Counted from the stretch's first letter, positions 37,395-49,270 are shown. The stretch: 64,000 bases of DNA from Lama glama (GCA_028534125.1 CM052818.1:22322001-22386000), one strand, 5' to 3'. Numbers and translations: made by a program. Notes: generated by a model from the letters alone, not told the origin.

Positions 37395-37587
37395 TTTCTC
37401 TTTTTAAAAAAATTATTGAAATATAGTTGATTTACCAATATTGTGTTAGTTTCAAGTGTACAGCAAAGTGATTCAGTTACATATTTTTTTCAGATTATTT
37501 TGCACTATAGATTATTATAAAGTATTGAATATAGTTCCCTGTGCTACACAGTTAATCCTTGTTGCTGGTCTATTTTATGTATAGTAG
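37395..37587 (-). mobile_element. LINE-1 3' tail fragment (same type as 3495-3780)
   Basis: TTATTGAAATATAGTTGATTTAC...GTGTACAGCAAAGTGATTCAGTTA...TATTGAATATAGTTCCCTGTGCTA. Confidence 0.88.
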
Positions 37588-37990
37588 GGCAGCAGTTGTT
37601 AATGACTCTCCTGGGCTTGATGGGACCCCTATGGGGACAAAAGGTTGAAGGAATGTATCCTTACAGGATGCGGCATTCTTGGAGGGGACAAATCCCCCCA
37701 TCCTGCCCAGTTCTGCCCAGCCCTCCATGCCCTCGGGCCCTCAACTCAGCTCAGGGGATGGTATCTTGGAATGGAAGGAACCTGTGTGGGAACAGGAGAA
37801 GCCCAGGTGGAGCCCTGACTGATGATAATCACTGTGTGGTATCAAACAAGCCACAGCCCTGCCTGGGCCTCAGTTTCCTCCTCTGTAGCATGAGCACTTG
37901 GGCCAGATCAGCGAGTGTCAAAGGCTAGATGGAGCCTGTCCTGGCCTTTTCTTTTTCTCTTTACTTTATATAATTTTTGTTTGATTCTTT

Positions 37991-38122
37991 AAAAATTTTT
38001 TTATTTCAGGGGAGGTAATTAGGTTTTTTGTTGTTTTTTTTTTAAATGGAGGTGCTGGGGATTGAACCCAGGACCTCATCCCTGCTAAGCATGTGCTGTC
38101 CTACTGAGCTATACCCTCCCCC
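37991..38122 (-). mobile_element. tRNA-derived SINE (vic-1-like)
   Basis: GGAGGTAATTAGGTTT...GGGGATTGAACCCAGGACCTC...CTACTGAGCTATACCCTCCCC; flanks TTGATTCTTT / TTATTCTTT. Confidence 0.92.
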
Positions 38123-38264
38123 TTATTCTTTCTGATTACAAACATTGCACATGAACATGAATGTTCAAACAGTACCAAAAGAGGTAATGGACCAAGTGAA
38201 ATCCAACCCTTATTGAAAATTGCTGATGGGTTTTTTTTTGGTAAGAGGGGGGGTGGGCGTGTAA

Positions 38265-38645
38265 CTTTTAATTTTAATATAATTTCAAATTTACAAAAAA
38301 AAAGTGGCAAGAATAGTACAAAGACTATAGCATAGGTTTTACTCAAATTTATCAATTATTTACATTTTGTCCCTCTTGCTTGATTTCACTTTCTCTGTAT
38401 ATATGTGTATGTGTGTGAGTGCGTGTGTGTGTGTGTATAATTTCTTCCCAAACTATTTGAGAGTAAATTGAGATAGGTGCCCCTTTACCTCTAAATGCTT
38501 CAGGGTATATTTCCTAAGAATAGGGACATTCTCTTACCATGTAAGCCTTACATAACCCCTGCAGTTAACAAAATCAGGAAACTTAGCATTGGTACAATAC
38601 CAGTTGGGACAATGTAGTCCACAGTTCTTGTTCAAAGTCAGTTGT
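38265..38645 (-). mobile_element. L1MC-like 3' end
   Basis: ATAATTTCAAATTTACA...GCAAGAATAGTACAAAG...CCCCTTTACCTCTAAATGCTTCAGGGTATATTTCCTAAGAATAGGGACATTCTCTTAC. Confidence 0.85.
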
Positions 38646-38727
38646 GTCATGACCTTTACATAGGTTTCCAGAGAAAGCAGAAAAATCCAGATGGTACACT
38701 GAGTTTTTCCTAAAGCTAACATGTATT

Positions 38728-38816
38728 GGGGGGTATAGTTCAGTGCTAGAGTGTGTGCTTGCTATGTACGAGGTCCTGGGTTCAAGCCCCAGTGCCTCCA
38801 TTAAAAAAAAAAAAAA
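38728..38816 (+). mobile_element. tRNA-derived SINE (vic-1-like, short form with A tail)
   Basis: GGGGGGTATAGTTCAGTGCTAGAG...GAGGTCCTGGGTTCAAGCCCCAGTGCCTCCATT(A)14; TSD-like AAAGCTAACATGTATT / AAAGGTAACGTATT. Confidence 0.9.
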
Positions 38817-39199
38817 GGTAACGTATTTAATTTTAAGGATTATGTTTATTCTAAAATTGTGCTCTCCCCTCTCCTGTTTTTTGTTTGTGTGTTTGTCTTT
38901 TTGGTGTTTAAGATATCCCCTCTTTTATAAAATGATGGTGAGGGTAGACCATGGTTTATTTGCTATTTGCTTTCGAAATTCCTGGCAAAATAAAAAGTGG
39001 GTGATCCTATGTTCGTCTTCAGACTTCTTTTGCAGGGATCCCAAGGCGTGGTCCCCCAGTGTTCTCTGAGTCCAGGTGAGTCAGATCACCATAGACTTTC
39101 CTGAAGCCTATTTGAGAGCATTTTCCAAATGCTGGGAGTAGGGGATGTGACAGGCAGCCACAGGCCCTGCCCCTCTGGGAGCAAATGGTCTCAGCAGAG

Positions 39200-39630
39200 T
39201 GCACCTTTATCCTTTCCGTAGCTCTCCAGCATCTATTTGGAGCACCCCTAAACTTGTGGATCTCCCAGGGAGGCAGAGCCCTCCTCCTACCCTAGAAACC
39301 AGACCTCACTTTCCCAGCCTCCCTTGCAGCTGCAGTGCAGGCATATGACCTGGCTCAGCCAATCAGATGCAACCACCCAGGAACTCTGAATCTTAAGCCC
39401 ATGAGCAGAGATGGGATGTATCTGACAGAACTGGCTGTAGCAGCAGGACGAGTTTTCTGGGGCAGTGGAGCCTCAGGGCCAGTTTCTCTGTTGTCTGCTC
39501 TGGTCTCACCCTGAGGTGTGATTTGGGCTGGGTTCTGGCTGTGGCCTGGTGCTCCTTGGTTCCTGGGCCAGCCCGAGGAGTCTGTGAGTGTCCTGCTGCT
39601 TGCAACCAAGAATCCTGACTGATAAATACA
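39200..39630 (+). mobile_element. ERVL solo LTR (LTR33/LTR16-like)
   Basis: TTTCCCAGCCTCCCTTGCAGCT...ATGACCTGGCTCAGCCAATCAGATGCA; end TGCTTGCAACCAAGAATCCTGACTGATA. Confidence 0.8.
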
Positions 39631-40310
39631 GAGAAGTCAGCGTTATGGGAACAGAGAGGAGCTGGGGCCTGAAGTGTGGACCCATCAGGATGGTGAGTAG
39701 TGAGTGATTCTATGAGGTGGGCAGCCACGGAGGAATTCAGTTTCTTTATCTGAATGTGCATAGGACATCCTGTCTAGGTGCTAGTGGAGCAGCCCAGACA
39801 GGAAGCACTGTGGGTAGGGTTGGGGGGAGGAGGGATGTGAGAGGAGAGAGGCTGGAGCCTGAGGATGGGGCTCAGAGGAGGGAGAGGAGCTCAAGGAAGG
39901 AGTAGGGGTGGCTTTGTAGGAGGAGACAGCCAATCTGGGTCACATGGTTCCACCTGTCCCCAATAGTTTTTGACCCCTTTCTATACACCAGGCAGTGCAT
40001 TGGTTAATAAAACAGTCTGGGTATTGTTCTCCTCATCTTACACACAAAGAAAAGGTGATTTAGAGAGATGGAACAGCTCCTACAAGATCAGGAAAACAGA
40101 AAAGGACAGGGCCCAAATTCAAACCTGGGTCCAACTCCTACACTGATGCTCTTAAGAACCTAAACAGATGCTCAGATGAGGGAACAATGTTTCCGTCTCA
40201 GCCCCTGAGTTTTTATATGCTTCCAGTGAGGACTTTAAGTAAAATGCACTCCCTGTGATGCTTTGTGAGGCAGTATAGTTGAGTGATAGGATATGGGGGG
40301 CTTGGCTTAC

Positions 40311-40412
40311 TTTTTATTTTTTTAACCTTGTTTTTAATGGAGGTAGTGGGGACTGAACCCAGGACCTTGTGCATGCTAAGCACACACTCTACCACTGATC
40401 TACTACCACCCC
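40311..40412 (-). mobile_element. tRNA-derived SINE (vic-1-like)
   Basis: TTTTTAATGGAGGTAGTGGGGACTGAACCCAGGACCTTGTGCATGCTAAGCACACACTCTACCACTGA; TGGCTTACTTT repeated on both flanks. Confidence 0.9.
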
Positions 40413-40579
40413 AACTGCTGCTCTGGCTTACTTTGTAGATACCAATTCTTTCCTCCTCTTCCCATACCTGTAGAAAAGCTGGATCCAATCAAATGAGCTC
40501 CAGCACACACAGTTGCTTGCCTACATAATTGCCCTTCTTCCTCCCACTACCCTCCTCTTAGCAACTGTTCAGCCTAGGT

Positions 40580-41100
40580 TTGTTGTGTTTGGACTTCTCC
40601 TTCTGGGCGCAGGGTTAGTATTGTGGCATTAATGGTGGCATTATCCCTCTTGCTTGGGATAGATTCAGGCGTGGGATGTGACTCAATTCTGGTCAATGAG
40701 CAGTGAAGAACAGCCTCCTGAGGGCTTCTGAGAAAAATTTTCCTTGATCTTAAAATGGGAAACAAGGATGAGATGTTTCCTGGGGTTTTGTTATTTCCTT
40801 TTTTGTTTGCTGCTGTGGACATTGCATGATGGTGTGTTATCTGGGGTGGGAGCAACCATCTTGTGACTGTGAGGCGAGCCTAGCCAAGGACAAGGCAACA
40901 TGCTGAGAATGGCAGAGAGGGAAGGAGAAAGGAAGTAATTTGGGTCCTTATGATGATGTTGAGCTGCAGGATTAACCTCTCCTGAAGCTACTGTTCCTCT
41001 GGACTTCTTGTTCTATCAGAAAATACACTTTCCTTATTGTCTAAGCCAACTGAATAGAAGTTCTCTGTTTCTGGCCACTGAAAACTTCTTTACCAATGTA
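40580..41100 (+). mobile_element. MLT1 (K/L-like) MaLR solo LTR
   Basis: ATGTGACTCAATTCTGGTCAATGAG...GGCTTCTGAGAAA...CAACCATCTTGTGAC...CTCTGGACTTCTTGTT...TTCCTTATTGTCTAAGCCA. Confidence 0.85.
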
Positions 41101-41874
41101 TGAGCCATGAGATCAAAAGAATAAATGCCCAACATACTAACTTGATATGCTAATAGCTGACAGCATTGGTTAAATGAGAAAAACCTGATTCCTTGACCAA
41201 GGGAGGCCCTGAGAAGTCCTTTCTCTGCTGGTTCAGAGGGAAGAGTGTGTCTGCATCTTATCCAGGCATGTGGGAGGCCTCCTATCAGAGGAGAAGTCCT
41301 CTCTGGCCAGCTGAACTTTTGACTCCCATTTCCTGTAGGGTCAGCAGAGGAGAGCAGCTTTATTTACTGAATCAAGATGGAAAACAGATGTCCAAGCACC
41401 CCGCTGGGTGCAGGCTTACCCTGGACAGAGGCTGGGCCTGTTTGCAACCCTGACCGGCCCACCAACCCCTTGTTCTGCACATCGAGTCCAGATGTGGCTT
41501 CTTCTGAGCTCTATAATAATTTTGATTTGTTGCAGCTAAGTAACCTCAGCCCACCACCCCCACCCCAGCCCGTCTCCCCCAGCTCAACACTTAACTCACC
41601 AACTCTCCAAGGAGAATAGGAATAACACTGTGAAACATTTGTAAGATAGCCCAGGTGGGGCAGAGAAGAATGTGGACTTGAGAAGCAGAGCAAAGTGGGT
41701 TCAGCCATAGCCTGGTCTCATATTAACCATGTGATTTTAATCATTGCATCAGTCATCAATGGCTGTGTAACAAGCCACCACAAAACTCAGTGGCTCAAAA
41801 ACAACCACGGTTTATTTGCTCTTGAATCTAAAGTTTGGGCAGGGCTTGGTGGGATAGCCCATTTGTTCTGCACA

Positions 41875-43055
41875 TTGTGTTGTGTTTGGTTAGTGAAGTT
41901 GATGGCACAGTGGTGCATGCGCGTGAGCAGAGGCGGTCAGCGTACCCTGTGCCCACCCTGCTCCTTGCTTCCCTATCCCTGCATAGACAGTTCCTTTTCC
42001 TCTCAGTCCTTCCTTACTCATCAGCAGGCTGAAGGCAGAGAGCGTTGGTAGAATGTGTGCGTATCAAGAAGAGAAGCTCTTCCTGCAAATGGCCTGAAAT
42101 AATCTCGGAAGATGGTTCACTATTCACTCCACCTAGAAAACCCCACAAAATCATGCAAATCAGGAAGTTCAAATCTTCATCTTCACTTTAAGGACACCCG
42201 TGAAACCACCCAGGTCATCAAGGATCTGAAGAATGTCACTTTCCAGAAGCATGTGTGCTGTTACAAAGGTGGGGCTGGTAGGTGTGCTCCAGCCAAACCG
42301 CAAGGCTGAACGCCGGTCGGTGGCCCAGAGAGAGTGCTGAATTTTGGCTGCATGTGCTAGAAAATACAGAGTGTACTGCTGAACTGAAGGGTTTAGATGT
42401 AGATTCTCAGGTCTTTGAGCACATCCAGGTGAACCAAGGCCCTAAGATGCATGGCCCAGCTGAACTTACAGAGCTCCTGGCCAACTGAACCCCCTTGGGA
42501 GCTCACCCTGCCACGTTGAGATGATTGTTATTGAAAATGAGCAGATTGTTCCTAAAACGGAAGCGGAGGTGGCACAGAAGGAAAAGACATCCCGGAAGAA
42601 ACTGAAGAAACAAAACATATGGCCTGGGAATAGATTCAGCATAAAATAAATGCAAATAAAAGTAAAAGCAGAAAAAAAGAGAAACACAGGTTGAGTTAGT
42701 TTCAGGCAATATTTTGTGCAGTGTTTCCACTGTTCTAGTAAGAGTGAAATACATATGCATATATGAACTACAAAATATGAATTGCATAATTTTGGTGATT
42801 CCACGTGGGAGGTAAATGCTTTTATACTTGCACTTAAAACTGGCATTGAATAATATAAAACTGAACAGTAAAATTCATGGTAACATTAGAATCACATTAA
42901 GTAGCAAAAAAACACCATGATGACTGAAGAGAGACTACGGAAGGAAGGAGAGCTTTACATTTTAGTGCCAACAACAACACTTTTTTCTTGCTTTTTGAAC
43001 AAGGGGACTCACATTTTCATCTTCTTTGGACCCTGCAAATTATGTAGCTGGCCCA
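41875..43055 (+). mobile_element. MER45 (B/C-like) hAT-Tip100 transposon interrupted by the RPL17 retrocopy
   Basis: TTAGTGAAGTTGATGGCACAGTGGTGCATGCGCGTGAGCAGAGG on the left; right terminus TTTTTGAACAAGGGGACTCACATTTTCAT...CCCTGCAAATTATGTAGCTGGCCC. Confidence 0.75.
42077..42678 (+). pseudogene. RPL17: Processed pseudogene of 60S ribosomal protein L17 (uL22)
   Basis: [27 protein letters not shown] (ATG 42112) and [35 protein letters not shown] match RPL17 across frameshifts; C-terminal region (PCHVEMI..E.EQIVPK.E.EVAQK..) ends at TAG 42631; intronless, pyrimidine-start 5' UTR, AATAAA plus A-rich tail, TSD-like AAGAGAA(G/A)C. Confidence 0.96.
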
Positions 43056-43424
43056 GGGGCCGGGTCTCTTAAGGCCTAGACCAAAACTGCCATTTCTGCC
43101 TCATTCTGTTGGTTTAAGCGAGCCACAAGACCAGCCCATCGTCAAGGAGGGAGGGAAACGGACTCCAAGTCTTGAAGAGAGGGGCAGCATCTGATATAGA
43201 GATGGGAGGAATTACTGTTGATTGCCATTGAGGCCATAGGTCATAACTTTCTGATCCTTAGGCTTCTCATCTGTAAAATGGGAACAATTTGACTAGCTTC
43301 CCAAGGTTGTTAGAGAATAAAGAAATATGTATCCTATTTGCAATTTCCAGTACACAGTAATGGCTCATTTAGGGTTGGTCCTTCCTGTTCTTTCATCTTG
43401 CTTTATAAATGCTTACCTATTTAC

Positions 43425-44070
43425 TAGCTCATTCATTCATTCGTTCACTCACTCACTCACTCAATATTTATTGAGTCCTGTGACCTAGGTACTGCTCTAG
43501 GAGTGGGGGTCATAGCAGAGAATAAAGCAGATGGAAGTCCCTGCCCCATGGAGTTGCCACTTTGATAAGAGAGACAAAAAATTTGATCAAATAAGTGGTA
43601 TGTTCAGTGGGGAAAGATGCTAAGAAGAAAAGAGCAGGGGAGGGGGATAGAGAGCGCTGAGCTGGGGGCTGCAGTGTGAGCAGTGAGCCAGGAAGGCCTC
43701 ACTAAGAGGGTGTCATTAGAGTCAATCCTGAGGAGAAGTCCTGAGGACACTCCGGGCAGTCCGGGTGTTTGTAGAATAGTGAGAGCCCAGGGTGGCTGGA
43801 GTTGAGAGCAAGAAGGGAGATAAGGGAGGGGAGGGCAGCTCCCTATGGACCATTGTGAGGACTTTGCTTTTTACTGTGGATGAGATGAAAACACTGGCTT
43901 TGGTTTGGAGGGGACGGTCAGTGGCTGCAGGTGAACCACAAGCATCAGGGGACAAGACAGGAGGCAGGGAAAAAGAGGGATGGTGGCCAAGGTGGTCAGC
44001 CAGAGGTGGGAGAAGTGGTTGGATTCTGACTGGGTTTTGGAGGTAGAGCAGTCAGGATTCATCTGTCAAC
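43425..44070 (-). mobile_element. L2 3' portion
   Basis: CATTCATTCATTCGTTCACTCACTCACTCACTCAATATTTATTGAG...GTCCCTGCCCCATGGAG...GGAAGGCCTCACTAAGAGGGTGTCATT...GGACTTTGCTTTTACT. Confidence 0.9.
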
Positions 44071-45349
44071 TCACAGCAGAGCAATCTGGCATGCAAAGCA
44101 GGTGTTATCAGATTCTCATTTTAAAGAGAAAAATGAAAACTTGGAGAGCCTGAGTGACTTCACAGTGTCACAGAGTGGCTGAGCGGTGCCACTCGGCCCA
44201 CAGGGAGGCTGCCTAGTACATGGGTGTGGCTGTGACATGCCTTTCTCTGACTCTCCATATCTGTCACCCCATCTCCGTCTGTCCCCAGTCATCACTTTCC
44301 ATTCTTCTTATGCTTTGCAGACGCATCTCCATCTTCTTCCAGGCCTGTTGCCAAGGGGCCTATGTGCTTCTAGTGCCCAGGGGAAGTAACTGTGCCTGTG
44401 AGGATGTGTAACTGTGTGTGCCCCTCGTCATGCTGGCATGCCTTACATGAGTGTGAATGTTCCCAGTGCACATGTGTCTGAGTGTTACTTTGGCTGTGTG
44501 TGAGGTGTGGGCAGATATCCCTGGATGTGAGAAGCTCTGTGTGTTGAGGGCAGGGGCCATAGGGGACTGAGTACGTGCGTGAGGTGTGACAGTGCGTGTG
44601 TGCCAGTGTCTGAACTCACGGAGGTGTCCTCTCTCCATTCAGATCTGCTCTCATCCTAAAAGGCTCAAGCCTCCTCCCTTTCTTCTAGTTCCCGACCTCC
44701 TGCTGCCCCGTCTGTCAGGATCACACACTGGGCTAGCCCTGCAACCTTGGGTGGTGGTCTGGCAGGTTTAGAGGGGAACTACTGTTTAGAACGCCAGCTT
44801 CCACAACTTGCAGGGCAGGGTGGGGCTGCATGCACATTCCTGTCCCCTGGTCAGCCGTCAGCCTCCATCTCCTGAGGTCAACTGTGCCCCCCACCTCCCT
44901 ATGGGGGTGCCTGAATGTGGGGAGGGACACTGACCTCAGAAGGGGCTGGCAGCCTCAGCAGGCAGAGACAGGAGGGGCCAGGCTCCCTCCTCCCTGTGGG
45001 TGGCCAGCTGACCCCCAGGGAGCAGGGCTGCGCTCTCTCAGTGAGCTCCCAGGGGCAGGCTTGTGAGGGCCTTGGGCCCCCAGAGACATCCCACCACGCC
45101 CCCCATTCTCCCTCTGCGGGCCCCCAGCCCAGGGCCTCCTCCCTGAGCTCAGGCCCCAGAACAGTCGTAGGCTCCTTCTGGTCTAAACCCCTTTTCCCTC
45201 CCTGTCCCTTTCTTTCCATGACATTGGTTCCTCTGGGAGCCCTTTGGCCTTTCCTATAGGTACCAGAAGGTCCTTTTTCTTTAACCCACTGGAAATCAGG
45301 GCCCCGCTTTTGGCAAGGAGAGCAGATGCCAGGAGGAGTAGGGCCACTT

Positions 45350-45810
45350 CAGTCCCTCCCCCTGGCCTGCTTGTCCTCCCTCAGTGCTGGTCAGGCGTGC
45401 TCCTGCCTCAGGGCCTTTGTTCTAGCTATTTCCTCTGTCTGGAATGTTTTCTCCCAGACCCTGCTTGGCTCCTTCCTCTCCAAGCTTTTGTGGAAGTGTC
45501 ACCCTCTGAATGGGGCTTACAGTGGACTGCCCAGTTTAATACTGTGACCTGTGTGCATGCGGACACACACCCCTGCTTCACACACATCCCCTCTCGCCCA
45601 CCCAGCACTCGTCTCCCAGCCCCACTCTGTCTCCCCGTTTCCCCTATAGCACCCACCACCTACTTACATACCTCATTTTGCTCATTCCATCTACTGTGTC
45701 TCCCCAGTGGGAATGTTGGCCCTGTGAGGGCAGGGACCTTTGTTTTGCTCATGGATGTTTTCCAAGTGCCCGGAACTGTGTTGAGCCATTTTAAATACTC
45801 CATAGACATT
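45350..45810 (+). mobile_element. L2 3' portion
   Basis: CTCCTGCCTCAGGGCCTTTG...CCTCTGTCTGGAATGTTTTCTCCCAGA...TGTGAGGGCAGGGACCTTTGTTTTGCTC. Confidence 0.85.
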
Positions 45811-46719
45811 TATGCAGTTGTTGGGACTGTTGCCCAGAGGAGGGTACCTGTGGGAGAGAAGGCTGGTCCCTTGAGGGGCTGGGGAGGGGAGGAGCAGCTG
45901 CTAGACATCTGGATCTGGGATCAGAGGGATGGACTCTGTGCCCCGCCTCCCAGAGGAGGTCCAGCTCCCTTCCACTCCACCTGCCCTCTTCCCCAGAACC
46001 ACACCTCCCACGCCTGCCCTGCACACGCACGTTGGGGCACACCTGCGCACTCTGCATCCCTGGCCCCACCTCCCACCCAGCCCCTGTGCACGCACCACTG
46101 ACGTGCTGGCTGTGGTTTCAAGGCCCCAGAGGTGCAGATTAGAGTCAGGGCGTCCTGTTCTCTGCGGCTGCAGCAGCAGGTGGGTGTGGGGGGCAGGTCT
46201 CCCTGTAAACCAGCATACGCAGAGGCCCCTTCTCCCCGCCTTCTTATATGTGCCGGCACATGCATGGGCACACAGACAGATAGACAGCCAGGTGGCCCAG
46301 CAGGCTGGCTGCTCTCAGGCCCCAGGCCTGGGAACTGCGCACCCATCTATAGCAGCCCCCTGTGGGCGGGGAGAGGGGGCAGAGGAAGCAGCTGCTGGCT
46401 CCCTTCCCCATGCCTGAGCTGCCACCTTTACTGCTTCAAGCCCAGCACGTGGCCAGCCAGCCTCTTGTCAGCTCTTTTCTTTGGGGGAAGCGTTGCCCTC
46501 TTTGCCTTCTCCTGTCAAAATCAGAAGGGGTCCTGCATTCAGCCCTTGTTGAGGTCTAGCTTGTTGGCCCCTGCAGTCGTTTGTGCATACACAGACTGGA
46601 GTTCTGGGGACTTGCTGGTCCCTTGCTCAGAACCCTGCCATGGCTCCCCAGTACCCGCCAGTTCCAGCCCAACCCCCTGGTCCCAGGTCTTCCCTGCTCC
46701 AGGAATCTCTACTTTGAGG

Positions 46720-46915
46720 GGAGGTGAGTGTGGCCTCTGGAACCAGGCATCCCGGTTGAATCCTGGTTGTGTATGACCTTAGGCAAGTCACTTAACCTCC
46801 GTGTGCCCCAGTTTCCTCCCTCGCAGAGCTATTATGAGAATTATATAGGTTCATATATGCAAAGCACTTAGCATAGCACCTGCTGTGCAGGAAAGTTGTC
46901 AATAAATATTAGCTG
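46720..46915 (+). mobile_element. MIR SINE
   Basis: TGACCTTAGGCAAGTCACTTAACCTCCGTGTGCCCCAGTTTCCTC...AAAGCACTTAGCATAGCACCTG...CAATAAATATTAGCT. Confidence 0.9.
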
Positions 46916-47854
46916 TCACTGTTACTGTTTCCTGCCAGGAGCCAGGAGGGGCCTGAGAAGTGGTCTGCGTCGTGGCTTGCAGCCCGGCTCTGGCCTTCCA
47001 GACTGAGCCAGCAGCTTCTAGACCACCTGGGTTCCTGGGCAGCGGGAGGGCCTTGCACACCATGGCCTGCAGCCTTATGTGGGACAGGAGTCCCCCAGTC
47101 CCTGTCCCAGCCTCAGGCTGGCCCACCACCTGCACCCTCCCTCTTCTCCCTGCCTTTCCAGGTCCCCTCTGCTTTGCAAGGCTACTTGTGGGCATCTCCT
47201 GCAGGAAGAAAACCTGTCAACCCTGCAGCTCTTCCTTCCTGGAGCCTCAGTTTCCTCAAGTAAGAAAGGGGATTAAAAATCCCCACATCACAGGATTCAC
47301 ATCAGGGGAGGTCACGGATGAACAGTGCGTGGCTGACTGCTGTTACTGCCTGCAACCCCACACCCGGAGGGCCCTGCTGGCTGGGCTGGGGTCCCTGCAG
47401 GGACTAGAGAAAGATCTGGCAGGGGGTGGGGGAGCTGGATGAACTCTGGGAGCTGAGAGGGAGCACAGGGTCTGGAGCTGGAGGGTGGCTGACGCTCACC
47501 CTAAACAGCCTGAATGAGGGAGGAAGGAAGGGAGGGCGGGCTGCACACACCCTGGGCCCCAGAGGAAGTTGAGAGCCAGGCCGTGGTGTGACAGTTCAAG
47601 GGCCCGCACCGCAGCTCCCCAGCCACCCTCACCAGCTGACGTCAGTGGGGAGCACAAAAGCCGCCGGCACAGCCCCTCCTGCCAGGCCTGGGGGCTCCGC
47701 TGGCTGTTCTCTGCCCACCCGGGCGGCCAGCAGGGCCTTGTGTCTTCAGGCCAGCATTGCCCTCTCCGGGCTCCTGTAATGAAAGGCAAGCGTCTAACAG
47801 CACCTCTTCCCCTCACCCCATCTCCTCACCTCTCCCAGGTATGGCCTTGGAGGC

Positions 47855-48025
47855 CGTTAAGCACCTACTATTTACCAGGTGGTTTCAGATCCGCAAGCTC
47901 ATTTAATCCTTCACAACACCCAGAGGAAGGCATTTTACAGATACGGAAATCAGCTCAGAGAGGCTAAGTAACCTGCCTGAGGTCACACATTTTGGAGGTG
48001 GCTGAGCTGGACTTCCAGCCCGGGC
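47855..48025 (-). mobile_element. MIR SINE
   Basis: CTCATTTAATCCTTCACAACACCC...CATTTTACAGATACGGAAATCAGCTCAGAGAGGCTAAGTAACCTGCCTGAGGTCACACA. Confidence 0.9.
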
Positions 48026-48249
48026 CTGTGTCGTGAAGTTCCTCAGGCCTCCGGGTGGGTGGATTCGTGCTGGAGGAGCCCGCAGGGAGCCAGCACAACT
48101 GGGCCTCTTGTTTGTCAAGGAGGAAATGGACACCCAGCGCTGGAAGCAAGCGCCCCAGGCCATGCCACAGGCTCCTGGCAGAATCGGGCTGGACTGGAGA
48201 ACTTTCTTTTGGCATTGGCTGCCTGGCAGGAGGGGCTCTGCCGGGAAGG

Positions 48250-48560
48250 TGCCTTCTTTACGGCCTCCGGGTCTCCACTCAGGGGCTACCCCCTCCAAGG
48301 GAAGCCTTTCGGGACAGTCCCGGCAGAAGGCAAGCCCTAGCACCCTCTGTCTCCTGGCCCAGCTTTATTTTTCTTTACGGCACTTCCTGTCACTTGCAGT
48401 TTTATGTATCAGATTATTTGTTTATTGTGTCTCCCTCCCCCACAACTGGAATGTGAGCTCAGTGACTCAGGGTGGGTCTGTCTTGTTCCCTTGCCTAGAA
48501 TAGTACCTGGCACAAGCTCAACAATTTTTTTGTGGAATGAATGAATGACTGATTGAATGA
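48250..48560 (+). mobile_element. L2 3' end
   Basis: TTTATTGTGTCTCCCTCC...GAATGTGAGCTC...TGCCTAGAATAGTACCTGGCACA...GAATGAATGAATGA. Confidence 0.85.
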
Positions 48561-48699
48561 AAGGAGTCAGGTGGTAAAGGAAGACGTTTACACTTATGAG
48601 GGAAAGTCTGGTATAAAGACAGACTTACCAAGGGCAAGCTGAATAGATCATTCTAGGTGGAGGAGGGGAATGAGACATAATTTAGGAAAGGGAAGGGGC

Positions 48700-48782
48700 C
48701 ATGTGGTCTGGCACTGTAAAGTGAATGATGCCCCCGCCAGTTGTACAGTTCTCAACTTGTACAACAGTACACGGCGCCCCTG
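48700..48782 (-). mobile_element. MER91-like hAT-Tip100 fragment
   Basis: GTGAATGATGCCCCCGCCAGTTGTACAGTTCTCAACTTGTACAACAGTACACGGCGCCCCTG. Confidence 0.65.
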
Positions 48783-48860
48783 GGGAAGGGGAGGAACCCA
48801 ACGTTTTGGCCCCCTCGGCAGCGATGAGTGGAGGCAGCTCCACAGGTGCCTGCAGCTGGA

Positions 48861-49270
48861 GGAACAGGCTGTTCCCTCCACGAGGATACCACGTGGTCGT
48901 GGTTAGCAGTTTGCCATCCGGTGGTGTTGTCACCACAGACGGTTGTCCGACCAGCGGGAGCAACTGTTCTGCTGTTAGCTATCTCTGGTAACTGGAGTGC
49001 CCAGTGGGATGCGGGTGGGGAAATCACCCTGACACACCCCACGAAAACACACTTTACTCAGTGGGCAGAGATAATCACAGCAGCGGGAGGGAGGGCTGTT
49101 TCTGAGCCAGCGGAGGGCTCTGGAGGCGGAGGACACTGTGTTCTACGACGTCTCCACTGAGCAGAGGGCTCAGTGAGAAACCTGCCGCGGCCCCCTACCT
49201 CCTCCTCGGCCCCACAGGCTGGCACAACAACAATCAGCCCGTGATGCTGGGGCCCGGCTTCGATGAGTCA
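48861..49270. promoter_or_regulatory. Candidate steroid-receptor (GR/AR/PR/MR) enhancer
   Basis: GGAACAggcTGTTCC 48861-48875, AGGACActgTGTTCT 49130-49144, ACCACGTGGT 48888-48897, AP-1 TGAGTCA 49264-49270; locally CpG-richer non-repeat DNA. Confidence 0.45.

Larger units (their letters stand above)
41745..43239 (-). mobile_element. MLT1-type LTR split by a MER45 insertion (pieces ~41745-41870 and ~43056-43239)
   Basis: GGCTGTGTAACAAGCCACCACAAAACTCAGTGGCTCAAAAACAAC on the left; TTCTGCCTCATTCTGTTGG...CACAAGACCAGCCCA...CAAGGAGGGAGGGAAACGGACTCCA on the right. Confidence 0.8.

Noticed and set aside
44385..44625. TG-rich stretches (also 20560-21070, 32740-32940, 54465-54520)
   Set aside because: Degenerate low-complexity TG/CA sequence with no periodic higher-order unit.
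45244..46101. Longest ORF (285 aa)
   Set aside because: TTG start, over half lies in an L2 fossil, and there is no protein-family resemblance.
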